From the NCBI RefSeq assembly GCF_009914755.1, contig NC_060945.1: a stretch of DNA of 64,000 nucleotides. One strand, given 5' to 3'. Below the pieces are notes generated by a model. The model did not search any database. It was not told where the DNA came from and saw only the letters and a list, made by a program, of their open reading frames with translations. The DNA comes from the human T2T-CHM13v2.0 reference genome, Homo sapiens. The position numbers and the translations under genes were made by a program. Numbering within the stretch: the first letter of the stretch is position 1; the number at the start of each line of letters is the position of its first letter. This document shows positions 1-15,405 of the stretch, piece by piece.

Positions 1-1357
1 CCAGTAGTTACAGCACTACATTTGTTTCAAGTTATTTTCTCTCAGGTAGTACGACAACAGCGTCATAACCAGTAATGCTTTTCCGCTTCACCGATAAGGC
101 TATATTATCCGTGAAGAAAACTAAAAGAGGGCATCCTTTAAATGTTTCCTCAACGTTTACAAAAATAAACTATCTCAAAATGTCAAACTCAACACATTGC
201 CATCAGAATTTTTAGAACTCATTCCCTTGAAAACATCCACTGTTAAAGTGTTTACTTCAAAATCTAAGAAAGCAAATATTAAAATTATTTATTACTTGCA
301 CCAGGCTTCAAGTGTTAACTGTTCATGGAAATAACACATCCTCTGGTCTCTTCTGTTGTCTAATTCAAAACCAGTAATCTTCTACCACTTTTTTTTCTTC
401 TTTTCACTTGCCACCATACTCTACCACTCAAGTGTTACAGGTCTTCCAACTGTGGTAAAAGATCACTCAGAAGCTCTTTTCTTTCTCAATTGTTTTCCTT
501 ATACAAGATGCTGAATATGGCCTGGCAATTAATGAATTCCTTTATCCTAATAACGAAACGGCAAAAATATATTCCTGAAAAATGTCTCCAGTAAAAACAA
601 ACGAATCCCTGCAACTGCTGTAACTATAGATAAAAGCAAGTTATATAGAAACATTAACCAAGTTCACAAAAGAAATGAGACTGTAATGCAAGATTAACCG
701 AGCTCAAAAGAAAAGTGCCTATTTAAAGCACTTTATTGTGTTATCTACAAGATCAGTGTGAAACTCATCAATCAACTACTGCGTTCAACAAATATTGTAC
801 AGTAGAAAGGAGCACAAGCACTACAGTGGCATATTCATACAGCTGCAAGATTTTTATGACGCTGCTGACAAAACAAAAAATAAAAAGCTCAACACAAGAA
901 CATTTCTCCACCTTCAGAGACCAATGATTCTATTCCTAGGGAACAAGTGGGGGGACAGACCCGGGCGGGGCAAGAGCAGGGAGGCCAATCAGAGCGCGAG
1001 TTACAAGCGCGGTGGAGTGGGGAAGCGAATGAAACCGCCCAGTTGAATGGCTGGCTGCGCACGCCACACCCCCGCAGAGGCGGCCGCACCTGGAGCCCCA
1101 CCCCTGCCGCAGGACCTCCGCGAGTCGCCCCCACCGCTCCGCCCCGCGCCGCCCCCAATGACTGTTTCCTGCCAAAACAAACCTGGCCGCCTCAAAAACA
1201 AAACAAAATCTTCAGCCGGGAACGCAGCTATGCCCGGGCCGCCCCCCAGTGCGGGTCACACTTTGCACCCCACGGGCCGGGGTCCCCGCGAGGGGAAGGG
1301 GCGGGGGCGGGGGGCGGTGCACGGAAAACCCGGGGAGCAAACGTGCCCAATGCTCAC

Positions 1358-1417
1358 CAACTCCTCGTAGCTCCTGTTGTGCTCGTTGCCCTCCCAGTCC
1401 AATCTCTTCGGCAACAA
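1358..1417 (-). CDS. BRWD1: BRWD1 coding exon 4 ([20 protein letters not shown]); gene continues left of the window
   Basis: 60 nt, ttccag acceptor and GTGAGC donor; translation continues the BRWD1/PHIP/BRWD3-type N-terminus in frame. Confidence 0.95.
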
Positions 1418-1588
1418 CTGGAAAGACACGAAACGCACACGAGTGACCACCGCTCCGGCGCGGGGGGGGCGGGGGGCGGGGGGCCGGGGGCCGGGGGCGG
1501 GCGGCGGGCGGGGGGCGCGGGCGAGCATCCCTCAGGGCAAGGTCGGCAGGAGGAACCCGAGGGAGCGCGGGGACGGGCGCGCACAGAC

Positions 1589-1618
1589 CTGGTACTGCTC
1601 CAGCTCCTGCACCAGCAC
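1589..1618 (-). CDS. BRWD1: BRWD1 coding exon 3 (VLVQELEQYQ)
   Basis: 30 nt, cgcag acceptor, GTCTGT donor, phase 0/0. Confidence 0.93.
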
Positions 1619-1757
1619 CTGCGGCCGAGAGACGCGCGGTCAGGGGTGGGGTCGGGCCCGGGGCGCTCCCGTTTCACCCCCGCCCACCACCCGCGACCCC
1701 CGGCGGCGGGGACACTGGGGACGCCAAGTCCGCAGCCGCCCGCGGGCCCGCACTCAC

Positions 1758-1816
1758 CTGGGCCGCTCTCCGACACGGGCCCGCCGATAGGTACCGGGCG
1801 ATAAGGAAGTACAGCT
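1758..1816 (-). CDS. BRWD1: BRWD1 coding exon 2 ([20 protein letters not shown])
   Basis: 59 nt, tcttcccgcag acceptor, GTGAGT donor; 49+59 nt restores phase 0. Confidence 0.95.
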
Positions 1817-1959
1817 CTGCGGGAAGACAAGGAGTCAGGTCAAGCCCCGGCGGGGAGGGGAGGGGGACGGGGCCAGGGGAGCCGGGGGAGCCCGGGGAGC
1901 CGGGGAAGCCGAAGCAGCCGGGAGCGCCAGGGCGGGGGTGGCACGGCCTCGCGTCTTAC

Positions 1960-2008
1960 CCGACTCGATGAGAGGCACCGGGCGTCGGGCGGACGACGGC
2001 TCCGCCAT
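1960..2008 (-). CDS. BRWD1: BRWD1 (bromodomain and WD repeat-containing protein 1) coding exon 1, MAEPSSARRPVPLIES
   Basis: gccATGG Kozak at 2008, GTAAGA donor after 1960; recognised BRWD1 N-terminus. Confidence 0.95.
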
Positions 2009-2097
2009 GGCCGGGCGCGGGGCGGGAGGCGGGAGCGAGCGAGCGAGCGGAGCGTGTAGGCCGCGCCGAGGCCTGACCGGGCTGGCGTCCCCTCTTC

Positions 2098-2130
2098 TCA
2101 GGCGCGCGCCGCCGCCGCCGCCGCCGCCAT
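2098..2130 (-). other. Candidate uORF in BRWD1 5' leader (MAAAAAAARA*) overlapping a (GCG)7 repeat
   Basis: ggtATGG, then 7x GCG, CGC GCC TGA, read directly from the sequence. Confidence 0.55.
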
Positions 2131-2449
2131 ACCGTGCGCGCCGCCTGGACCGACGCCTCCGCGGGGGAGGAAGTAGTCCCTCCGCAGGAGACGAAAAGTA
2201 GTCCCTCCGCGGGGGGCGGGGGTTTGCGCCAAGAGAGGACCGGAGCTCGTGTCCCGCCCGGGGAGGCGAACCTCGCTCAGCTCTCTGCCTCCGGGGACTC
2301 GATGAGGAGAAAGTGACGCGGAGGCAAAGACCTGGGCGCCGCAGCAGCGAGTGGGGGAGGGGAGGGCGCGTGGTCCGAATCCCTGCGCGCAATGAGGCGG
2401 CTGCCCGGGCTTTGTGAGGCGGCAGCGCGACGCCGGGTGGCCCAGCAGC

Positions 2450-3480
2450 GGGCGGGTGCCGGGGGCGGAAGCGCGGCCACAAGAGGGGGCGATTCACCGC
2501 CGCCCCCCGTGGGACCTGGGTCCTCTACGCGGGACCGCAGGGGCCCCGAGTCGCGGGTTGGGCAAGGTCGCCCGCTCCGGGTCGCTCGGAAGGGTCATTT
2601 CACGGACCGGTCGTCTGGGGCCAGTGCGTCTTGCCCCGCACGGAAGACCCCTCGCTTCGAGGACAGGAAAGCTTTTAAAGTGAGGATTGGCTCGCCGCGC
2701 CTCCCGCAGAGGGGAACGCCGCCCGGACCCGCGCTCCTGGGGCGGGGGCCTCGTATGCTGGCGTTGCCGGAGCGTCTGCGGCGCTGAAGGCTGCCGAGAC
2801 CCAGCCACATCCCCCACAAGCCAGCAGCCCGGCAGAAAATTACATAAAATGCAGCGCTTCGCCGAGGGGGTGCGAGTCGGGGGAGCAGCGCGCAGCTGCG
2901 GCTGACGGCTCGGCTGGATCCATCCAAGCATGGACAGGAAAACGGGACTGTGGGGAGAGGGTGGTGCAGACGGGCCGCAGACCCTCCTTAGGAAGAGAAG
3001 CCGGAAACTAGGGAGTCATGTGCAGTTAGAATCCTCTTGGAAGACTAGTAGGATGTGAGGTTGGAGAGGTGGACGACGACCAGAAAATTCCCTTGTCTTG
3101 CCAGGCTTCTGACCTAACTATGAGTTTCCTCCGCGCATCCAGCCTGCCCTGCTCTGGCCCCTAAAGTACAGCAGTAACACTCAGTGGTGTCCCTGCCTTC
3201 CTGGAATGCGCGTTAACAATTCTGATTCTTACTCATGGCAATAACCTACACACCACATAGACGTTAAATGTGGTTCGGGTCAGACTCTAGGGCAGGACTC
3301 ACTGCCTGCACCTTGTCTTGGCTCCACCAGCTTGACCTTGAGCAAGTCACAACCTGTGGGTCTCAGTGTTCCTTACTAGTAAACCGTAGGTAATTCCTCA
3401 CTAGTAAACAGATAATATTTGTGCCTGTCTCAAAGTTGTGAGGATTTAATGAATTTGTGTTCCTGGTATACAGTAAGCAC
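2450..3480 (+). ncRNA. BRWD1-AS2: Probable divergent lncRNA from the BRWD1 promoter (BRWD1-AS2); boundaries approximate
   Basis: Position recalled from locus annotation; the sequence only shows a CpG island extending divergently and no credible ORF. Confidence 0.35.
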
Positions 3481-3495
3481 CGTGTACAAGTTGGC
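3270..3495 (+). mobile_element. MIR SINE
   Basis: MIR core-like gaccttgagcaagtcac...ctcagtgttcct...gttgtgaggatttaatga. Confidence 0.7.
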
Positions 3496-3514
3496 TTTTA
3501 TTTACACCAAATAG

Positions 3515-3818
<304 letters not shown>

Positions 3819-3862
3819 AAAAGCTTTTATATATATTTATAAATGGACATAGATATCTGTGA

Positions 3863-4180
<318 letters not shown>

Positions 4181-5171
4181 CTAAATATGTTTGAGCTAGT
4201 GCAACAGTAAGTTAACTCCTTACATCTGTTAATTCAGCAAGCACTAACAAGTGATGGAGATTAAAAAAAAAAAAAGGAATGAGCCACAGCTTTGCCATCA
4301 AAGACTTCAGCGTCTCTTAGGGGAAACAGATGTAAGCAAATAATGACACGATTTAGGGCAGAGATATATCAGAAGATCAGCTTGCCTGTGCGTGGGGGAA
4401 ATGTTAGGGAAGTTTGGGTTATCCAGGCTACAATGTGTGGAAAGGGATTTCGCACATACAAACAACAGAGGGCCAAGACATGAATATGATTTCTAGTTTA
4501 AGGAACCAGAAGTTTAGTATGACTACTTGGGGTGACTTTGGAGAGGATGGGACCATGATGTCAGAAGTTGAAATTGGGAGCAATTGAAAGATTCTAAGCC
4601 AGGAAGGAATCATTTTCTATTTTAGGATGGATTTGAGAAAGTTAAGACCAAGAGGCACTTAACATACCCCTGAAATAGAAAAGAAATGATGCATGAGGGC
4701 GTTGGTCATAAGGATAGAGAAGAGACAAGATCAGAAGTATGTAGGACAGTAAATCTGCAAGATGAAGTTGGGGTGAAATAAAAACCACAAAAATCTCGTT
4801 TGGGGCTTTCCAAGGTTGTGCCAACAAATAAGGTAGGGCATACAGGCTGGTAGCTAGATTGTTAAGATGAGTAACTGCTTGCAACAACTTGATTATTTGA
4901 AGTTACAGTGCATAGATGACTGTGGGACAGTGATCTGATGCTGCAAGATTACCAGTGTTACCAAATGACAAAGACATCAAGAGGGGAGAATTTAAACTTT
5001 CAATGATTGACCAAGGAGTTGTGCATTTCATTTTGTAACAAGGGCGTAAGATTAAAAACCCCCTAAAGATATTACAAGAATTTATATCCCAAGCTCTGGT
5101 CATTGTCCAAAATTATCGTTCTGATACTGGCACCATGATAACCATTACAAGAGATCAGAAATGATGACACG

Positions 5172-5463
5172 AGCCCAGACACAGTGGCTCACACCTGTAA
5201 TCCCAGCGCTTTGGGAGGCCAAGGCCAGAGGACTGCTTGAGCCCAGGAGTTCGAGACCAGCCTGAGTAACATAGTAAGACCCCATCTCTACAAGAAATAA
5301 AAAATAGCCAGGGGTGGTAGGTGTGTACCTGTAGCCCCAGCTACTTAAGAGGCTGAGGCATGAGAATGGCTAGAGCCGGGGGGGGATTGACGCTGCAGTG
5401 ACCCATGATCACAGCACTGCTCTCCAGCCTAGGCAGCAGAGCAAGACCCTGTCTCAAAAAAAA
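5172..5463 (+). mobile_element. Alu (J-like)
   Basis: Dimer with gcttgagcccaggag J diagnostics. Confidence 0.88.
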
Positions 5464-6285
5464 GACACGATGACATGAGTTTTCCTTTACAAGAGCCTTG
5501 GGAGTCCTTTTACAACTTACTATCACATTCATGACAAATATTCTTTCTAAATTTTGAATAGGAACAAAGATTTCTAACAAGAGAGAGAATATCTTCCCGA
5601 TTCGACTCCCATATGTCAAGAGACTCAGATGTGACTCATATTTGCCTGCCAGGAGGAGGAAAAAGAAATACACTGTCCAGGAGCAACTCCTTAGTGGGTA
5701 CCCACCAGAAGTGGTCTCCAAACAAGGCAAGAATCTGTGTATTCCTCACACAATTCAATCCCAGCCATTCCATATGTACACACTGAGGTTTGCTTTTGGG
5801 TAAATGGAAATAACTTTAGAGTTTCACCACAAGAAAGCTACATGGTAAGCAAGTGTTGGAAAATCTTAACAGTGGGTGACATTAAGCTATAGGGTTGCAT
5901 TTTCAAGGGAACCAACATCTTATGCCGTGGCAAGCAACTCCTGACTGGATAAACAGCTCTTAGATGTCATTGATAGGCTCAAGCTGAGGCGCAGAGGAAG
6001 TATGGCCCAAGGGCATATAGCTGGTAAGTGGTGGCTGGACTGCAATCCCAAGTAGACAGTATTATCTTAGACTGAAACACAAACACTGCAAAGTCCATTC
6101 TCCCTTGGCCACGTTTCACAAAAGAGGAAATGGGACCTGAAAATTAGGAGACTTACACAGGATTGCACAGCTAGCGCATCAGAGAGCTGACATTTGGAAG
6201 CCCACGTGATAAGTACGTGTGTAATCTCATTTACCGCAGGCAACTCTTAGATTCTGTTATTCCCATTTTAAGAATGAGGAAACTA

Positions 6286-6572
6286 GTCTGGGCGTAGTGG
6301 CTCTCGTCTGTGCTATCAGCACTTTGGAAGACCAAGGCAGGAGGACCGCATGAGCCCAGGAGTTCAAGGCTGGTCTTAAACATAGTGAGACCCTCTCTCT
6401 ACAAAAAATTAAAAACTTAGTCCATGCATGGTGTTGGGTGACTGTAGTTTGAGCTATTTGGGGAGACTGAGGCAGGAGATCACTTGAGCCCAGGAGTTTA
6501 AGGCTGTCACAAGCTATGGTGGTACCACTGTGCTCCAGCCTGGGCAACAGAGCGAGACCCTGTCTCAAAAAA
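6286..6572 (+). mobile_element. Alu (J-like)
   Basis: Dimer, TSD aagaatgaggaa(a)cta. Confidence 0.88.
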
Positions 6573-7151
6573 GAATGAGGAACTAAGGCTAATAAAGTTT
6601 AAGAATTTGCCTAAAAATGGAAAGCTTTTTTTTTTAATCTGTCTGTGAATGAGAGGAAAATAAAATTCAGTAAGGCCTTCCAAATCACCACTTAGGAAGC
6701 CCAACAACGTTAAATATGAATGCATATCTAGAAAATGGTGACCAAAGAAGTCTGGTTCCAACAATTCACATAAGAGAGTGGTCAAAATGGAATGAATTAG
6801 TAGATTAGAGTCCATTTCAAAAGACTCTGAAAAATGAGATAAGGAAATCTGTGAGCAATGGAGAACATGCAAAACAACTCAGATACCTAATCCAAAGCCT
6901 AATATTAGTTTTAATGCAAATTTGTGTTAACTGAATTTAGGTTCATTCAGGAGGCTGTGCTGATGTTGATGTACACACAACATCAGCCTACCTCTGAAGG
7001 GCAGGAAGTAGATGACGTTGGACCTCCAGAACACTATACCACAAACTGGATCAGCACCTAGAGGTGAAATTAAATGCACACAAAAACCTGGATCACTTCA
7101 TTCATTCATTCAACAAAATATGTGTTAGAAGTCTTCCCTGGCTCCTGGGCT

Positions 7152-7570
7152 GTTTTTTGTTTTGTTTTTTTCCGCTTTAGAGACAGTATGTCATTCTGTC
7201 ACACAGGCAGGAGTGCAGTGGTACAGTCAGAGCTCACTGCAGCCTCGCAGTCCTACCGCTGAGTACTTGAGACTACAGGTGTGCACCACCATGCCTGGCT
7301 AATTTTTTACTGTTTTTTAGAGATGCGGGTCTTGCTCTGTTGCCCAGGCTGGTCTCAAACTCCTGGCCTCAAGTGATCCTCCCGCCTTGATCTTCCTGGA
7401 CTTCTGTTGGATAAATTCCCTAGGAAGAGGAGAGTTAACACTTCGATAGATTTTATTTATTTATTTATTTTTTAGAGACAGGGTCTCACTGCATTGCCTG
7501 GCCTTAAGTGACCCTCCTGTCTTGGCCTTCCAAAGTGCTGGGATTACAGGCGTGAGCCACCACACCTGGA
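7152..7570 (-). mobile_element. Partial AluJ plus FLAM-like monomer
   Basis: Two antisense Alu pieces separated by a short spacer. Confidence 0.75.
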
Positions 7571-8544
7571 CTTTGATCGATTTTTGGAGGACTTTCAAAG
7601 TAAAAATGAAGAAGGTATCTGATCTTTTGATAAGCCCTTAGTCACTAGTAGATATTATATTGCATTTAATTCCTGATGCCCTTCCTCCACCTACTAGTGG
7701 TGTCATCTTTCCCACAGGACCTTTTCTTCCTTTTAAGTCTAACCCAACCAGCTGTCCCCTTAATGCTACTTGTCCCTGCCTTCCTCAGCAAATTGTTTCC
7801 ACATTTATCTCTTCCCTCTCCAACTTCTGCCTCTCCCTTGCCATTGGCTTCTGTCCTATTTGTTCCCAGCTTGCAGGCGCTGGCCCATGTCTGTCTCCAA
7901 GTCTTACTCGTTCTTACTTTGAAACATTTCTCACAGCACTAGAGAAAACACAGTGTGGTTGGACAAGACCTTGGGAACATGGGAGCTGGGATCAGAATGT
8001 GTCTGTGTTTGGATGTCGGAGTTGGGCAACCTCTTGGCTCGGATATTTTTCTGTTCGTTTTGTTTAATAATCTTTAAAATAAGCATGACAACTAATAACA
8101 TTTATTGGATATGTTTGTATGCTGGACACTGTCCTAAATCATTTCCATGCATTATTTAAGGATCATGAGACAGCTAGAGGTGTTTGTGAGCATTTCCAGA
8201 GAGCATGCCTGTGAAGCTCGCTGAACAATGCCCAGCTCTCAACATGACCCTGTTATATAAGAATAATTCTTTTTCTCTCCATTCCCACTTAGTTCAGGCC
8301 CTCAATCATCAACAAGCATCCTCCTTAAAGTTCTCCCTGACTCTCCACCTAATTAATCCTGTCATTTTATTTTTTTCTTTTCATTTATTTATTTTTATTT
8401 TCTTTGCCACTTCTGTATCTTCTTTGGAGATAATCCTGTCACTACTTTTAAAAACCTTAAGTGCAACTTAACATATTGCTTCCCTGTTCACGTCTTTCTC
8501 ATTCGCTGTCACCTCAAACCCAAACTCCTTGGCTTGCTTTTAAC

Positions 8545-8845
8545 ACTGTGGAGGACATTCTACTCTCCTCCCTCCCTGCTCCACACCCAGGAAAGATGAC
8601 TGTGCAGTAAAGCCATGGCTCGCTTGCCCTTGAGTTTCCAATGGGATTCATCTGGTAAGAGGCCTCAGCCAGAGATGGAAGGGTGGGAGGAGAGTGAGGT
8701 TGGAGTTTCCATTTTCCCAGCTCCTTTCCTGCCAAGCCACAGGTTGATAGTAACTGCTATTTGTGTGCATATAGAGACCCTCTCTTTGCACATAGAGACC
8801 CTCTCTGGGCTTTAAGACCACTGCCTCCCCTGCCCCTTAAGGAGT
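8545..8845 (+). mobile_element. LTR33-family (ERVL) LTR fragment
   Basis: gggtgggaggagagtgaggttggag...cccagctcc...gcctcccctgccccttaagg resembles LTR33. Confidence 0.6.
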
Positions 8846-8854
8846 TGGGCTTCC

Positions 8855-9150
8855 CTTTTTTTTCTTGTTGAAACAGTGTCTCAGTCTGTCATCCAGGGTG
8901 GAGTGCAGTAGTGCAATCACGTCTCACTGCAGCCTCGATCTTTCAGGCACAATTGATCCTCCCACCTCTGCCTCCCAGGTAACTGGGACTACAGGCACCC
9001 ACCACCACAACTGGCTAGTTTTTGCATTTTTTCTACAGACGGGGATTCACCATGTTGTCCAGGTTGGTCTCGAACTCCTGGGCTCAAGCAATCCTCTGGC
9101 TCAGCTTCCCAAAGTGCTAGGATTATAGGTGTGACTACCATACCCAAGCC
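8855..9150 (-). mobile_element. Alu (J-like)
   Basis: Antisense dimer. Confidence 0.88.
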
Positions 9151-9175
9151 GTTAATCTCTTTTCAAAAACCTTAG

Positions 9176-9483
<308 letters not shown>

Positions 9484-9519
9484 AGAGTCATAACTTTTAT
9501 ATCATACATGCAACTCATC

Positions 9520-10556
<1,037 letters not shown>

Positions 10557-10653
10557 AATTGCTCAACTAGACAGTCCCTCAAATATGAGATAGTTATGCT
10601 TTCAACATTTCCTCAAATCTTTCAGCCACTGTGGTGGTTAGATCTGAAGACAA

Positions 10654-10945
<292 letters not shown>

Positions 10946-11894
10946 GATCAGAAGACAATCTGCAGAAACTCGTTGACCCATAACATACCTGGAGATACGG
11001 CCTCCTTGGCTCAAGGCTCCCCTCAAAGGCAGCAGGATAGTCAAAGTCTCTGGAGCGGAAGGGTGAGTGGAAGGAAACACTTTCAGGAGGAGCAATGGAG
11101 GCTGCTTTAGGAGAGGATCCCCATGCTACAGGAACGGGGCATCGTGTCCATATATTTCCCAGGTGCCCCGTGCCCTCCGTGGCCAGCCTGCTTCAACCCA
11201 CTGTCAGCAGCCTGTTTCACAGGCTCCATCTCCCTGAGCCCCCGCAGAACACAGCAGTCACCCCTGGCTTCCCCCAGCCTCTCTCTCAGACTGGCTCAGT
11301 ACCCTCTGGTTTCCTCAGGGTCTCGCTGATCCCAAAGATGAAGAGACAAAACCGGCCTTGCTTGCCCCCAAGGTGAGACTTCGGATCTGTGGTGAGGGAG
11401 GGAAAAATTCCAGCAGACCCAAGAGGAAGGCTACAGAAGAAAGGACAGAAGCGTGGAGAGAAATTCTAAGCAGGAGGCTGGGGAAGAAGGAAGAGCTTCA
11501 GGTCACTGGGTCACCCCACCAGGAGATAGTCCCCTTGTGGCCTTGAGACTTATGCAATGGGCAGATGCAATCTGGGTACCTAAGGCAAGGATTGCCCTTA
11601 TTCTGGCCATGACATTTAACACCTAATTGCAGTAATAACCCCTCTTTTCCACCTGGAGAAAGCTTCCTGGCCCCTCTTTTTCACTTGTGGGTAAGTCTGG
11701 CCAAGAGCAGGGTGAAGAAACCCATAGTCTAACACAAAACCACATTTTTTATTTTTATTTTTTTAATTGTAGAGACAGGGTCTTACTGTGTTGCCTACAC
11801 TGGTCTCAAACGCCTGGCCTCAAGCAGTCCTCCCACTTCAGCCTCCCAAAGTGCTGTGATTACAACACAAAACCACCTTATCATTAAAAAATTA

Positions 11895-12190
11895 GGGCAA
11901 GGAACAGTGGCTCACATCTGTAATCTCAACACTCTGGGAAGCCAGGGTGGGAGGATCACTTGAGTCCAGAAGTTCGAGACCAGCCTGGGAACACATACAA
12001 AAACCCCACCTCTACAAAAAATACAAAAATTAGCCAGGCATGGTGGTGCGTGCCTATAGTCCCACCCACTCAGGAGGCTGAGGTGGGGAAGACAGCTTGA
12101 GCCCAGGAGCTGGAGGTTGCAGTGAACCGAGCTTGTGCCGTTGCACTCCAGCCTGGGCGACTGAGAGAGACCCTGTCTCAAAAAATAAAA
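11895..12190 (+). mobile_element. Alu (J-like), head-to-head with a FLAM at ~11744-11880
   Basis: Dimer with A tail. Confidence 0.85.
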
Positions 12191-12304
12191 ATTAAAAAGC
12201 TTTTAAAAAGTTAAAATATTGAAGCCACCAAAGGTTAATATATGAATATTGGTAATTAGATGAGATTAAGATGATTTTTGGCTTGAGAATCCAGATTCAC
12301 AAAT

Positions 12305-13650
<1,346 letters not shown>

Positions 13651-13791
13651 ATAGCAATGAGTTGGAAATTTCAGGAATCAAATAACCTAGAGATTTGTCA
13701 AAGGGCTTTTCTCCTGCCTCTCAGCTTTACCAAATGCTTTATTGCCTAGCATTATGCTATGAGGTTCATTTCAGTCCTGTGCTTGTGAGAT

Positions 13792-14070
13792 TGTTTTTTT
13801 TTTTTTTTTTTTTTTTTTGAGACAGAGTTTCGCTGATCTCGGCTCACTACAACCTATACCTCCTGGGTTCAAGTGATTCTCCTGCCTCAGCCTCCCGAGT
13901 AGCTGGGATTGCAGGCGCCCACCACCACGCCCGGCTAATTTTTGTAATTTTAACAGAGATGGGGTTTCACCATGTTGGCCAGGCTGGTCTCAAACTCCTG
14001 ACCTCAGGTGATCCACCCATCTCGGCCTCCCAAAGTACTGGGATTATAGGCATAAGCCACCGCGCCTGGA
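13792..14070 (-). mobile_element. Alu (Sx-like, internal deletion)
   Basis: Antisense Alu with poly-T. Confidence 0.88.
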
Positions 14071-14217
14071 CCCCCTCATACTTTTTTAACTTTTAAAATT
14101 CATTCATATAAAAGCATATGTGTAATGTATTTTTAATTTTGTTTTTGTTTATTATTTTGTAATGTATTTTTTTACATGTATTATTTTGTAATGTATTTAG
14201 TATTTTGTAATGTATTT

Positions 14218-14524
<307 letters not shown>

Positions 14525-14572
14525 TAATATATGTAATGTAGATGTAAGGTATTACACTCAATATTAAAATAA

Positions 14573-14945
<373 letters not shown>

Positions 14946-15119
14946 TGAAGCTGCCCTTTCTATAGCACTCCCCTGCTGGTCCCCAGAGGCATCCACTGGC
15001 CTGAACTTTATGTATATCAGAATCTCGCTTTGCTTTTTATGAGTAGTTTTACTAGATATGTAGGATTCCCTTATAACATTGTTTAGCTTCCTTGGTTTTG
15101 AGTTTGGTAAAAATGGAAT

Positions 15120-15385
15120 CAGCTAGGTGCAGTGGCTCAAGCCTGTATTTGCAGCGCATTGGGAGAGCAAGGCAGGAGGAGGACTGCTTGAGGTCAGGAT
15201 TTGGAGACCAACCTGGGCAACATAGCAAGAGCCCATCTACACAAAAAATTAAAAACAAAACAAAAAATGTATCCAGGCTGGTGACCTGCACCTGCAGTGC
15301 CAGCTACTCGGGAGGCTGAGACAGGAGGATCACTTGAGCCTGGGAGGTCGAGGCTGCGGTGAGCTATGATGGTGCCACTGTACTG
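15120..15385 (+). mobile_element. Alu (J-like, 3' truncated)
   Basis: Dimer lacking tail. Confidence 0.85.
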
Positions 15386-15405
15386 GGGATCATTCATATG
15401 TAGAT

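Larger units (their letters stand above)
950..2990. promoter_or_regulatory. BRWD1: CpG island / bidirectional promoter of BRWD1
   Basis: Very high GC and CpG density over exons 1-4 and upstream; GC boxes; minus-strand CCAAT at 2686-2690. Confidence 0.9.

Noticed and set aside
947-1804. 285-aa plus-strand ORF and other long ORFs in the BRWD1 island
   Set aside because: Low-complexity Pro/Gly/Arg/Ala frames expected from stop-poor GC-rich DNA, antisense to real exons, with no recognisable domain
6960-6969. CTGATGTTGA matches the 3' end of mature miR-21
   Set aside because: Only a 10-nt match; the seed and the rest of the precursor are absent, so chance is most likely
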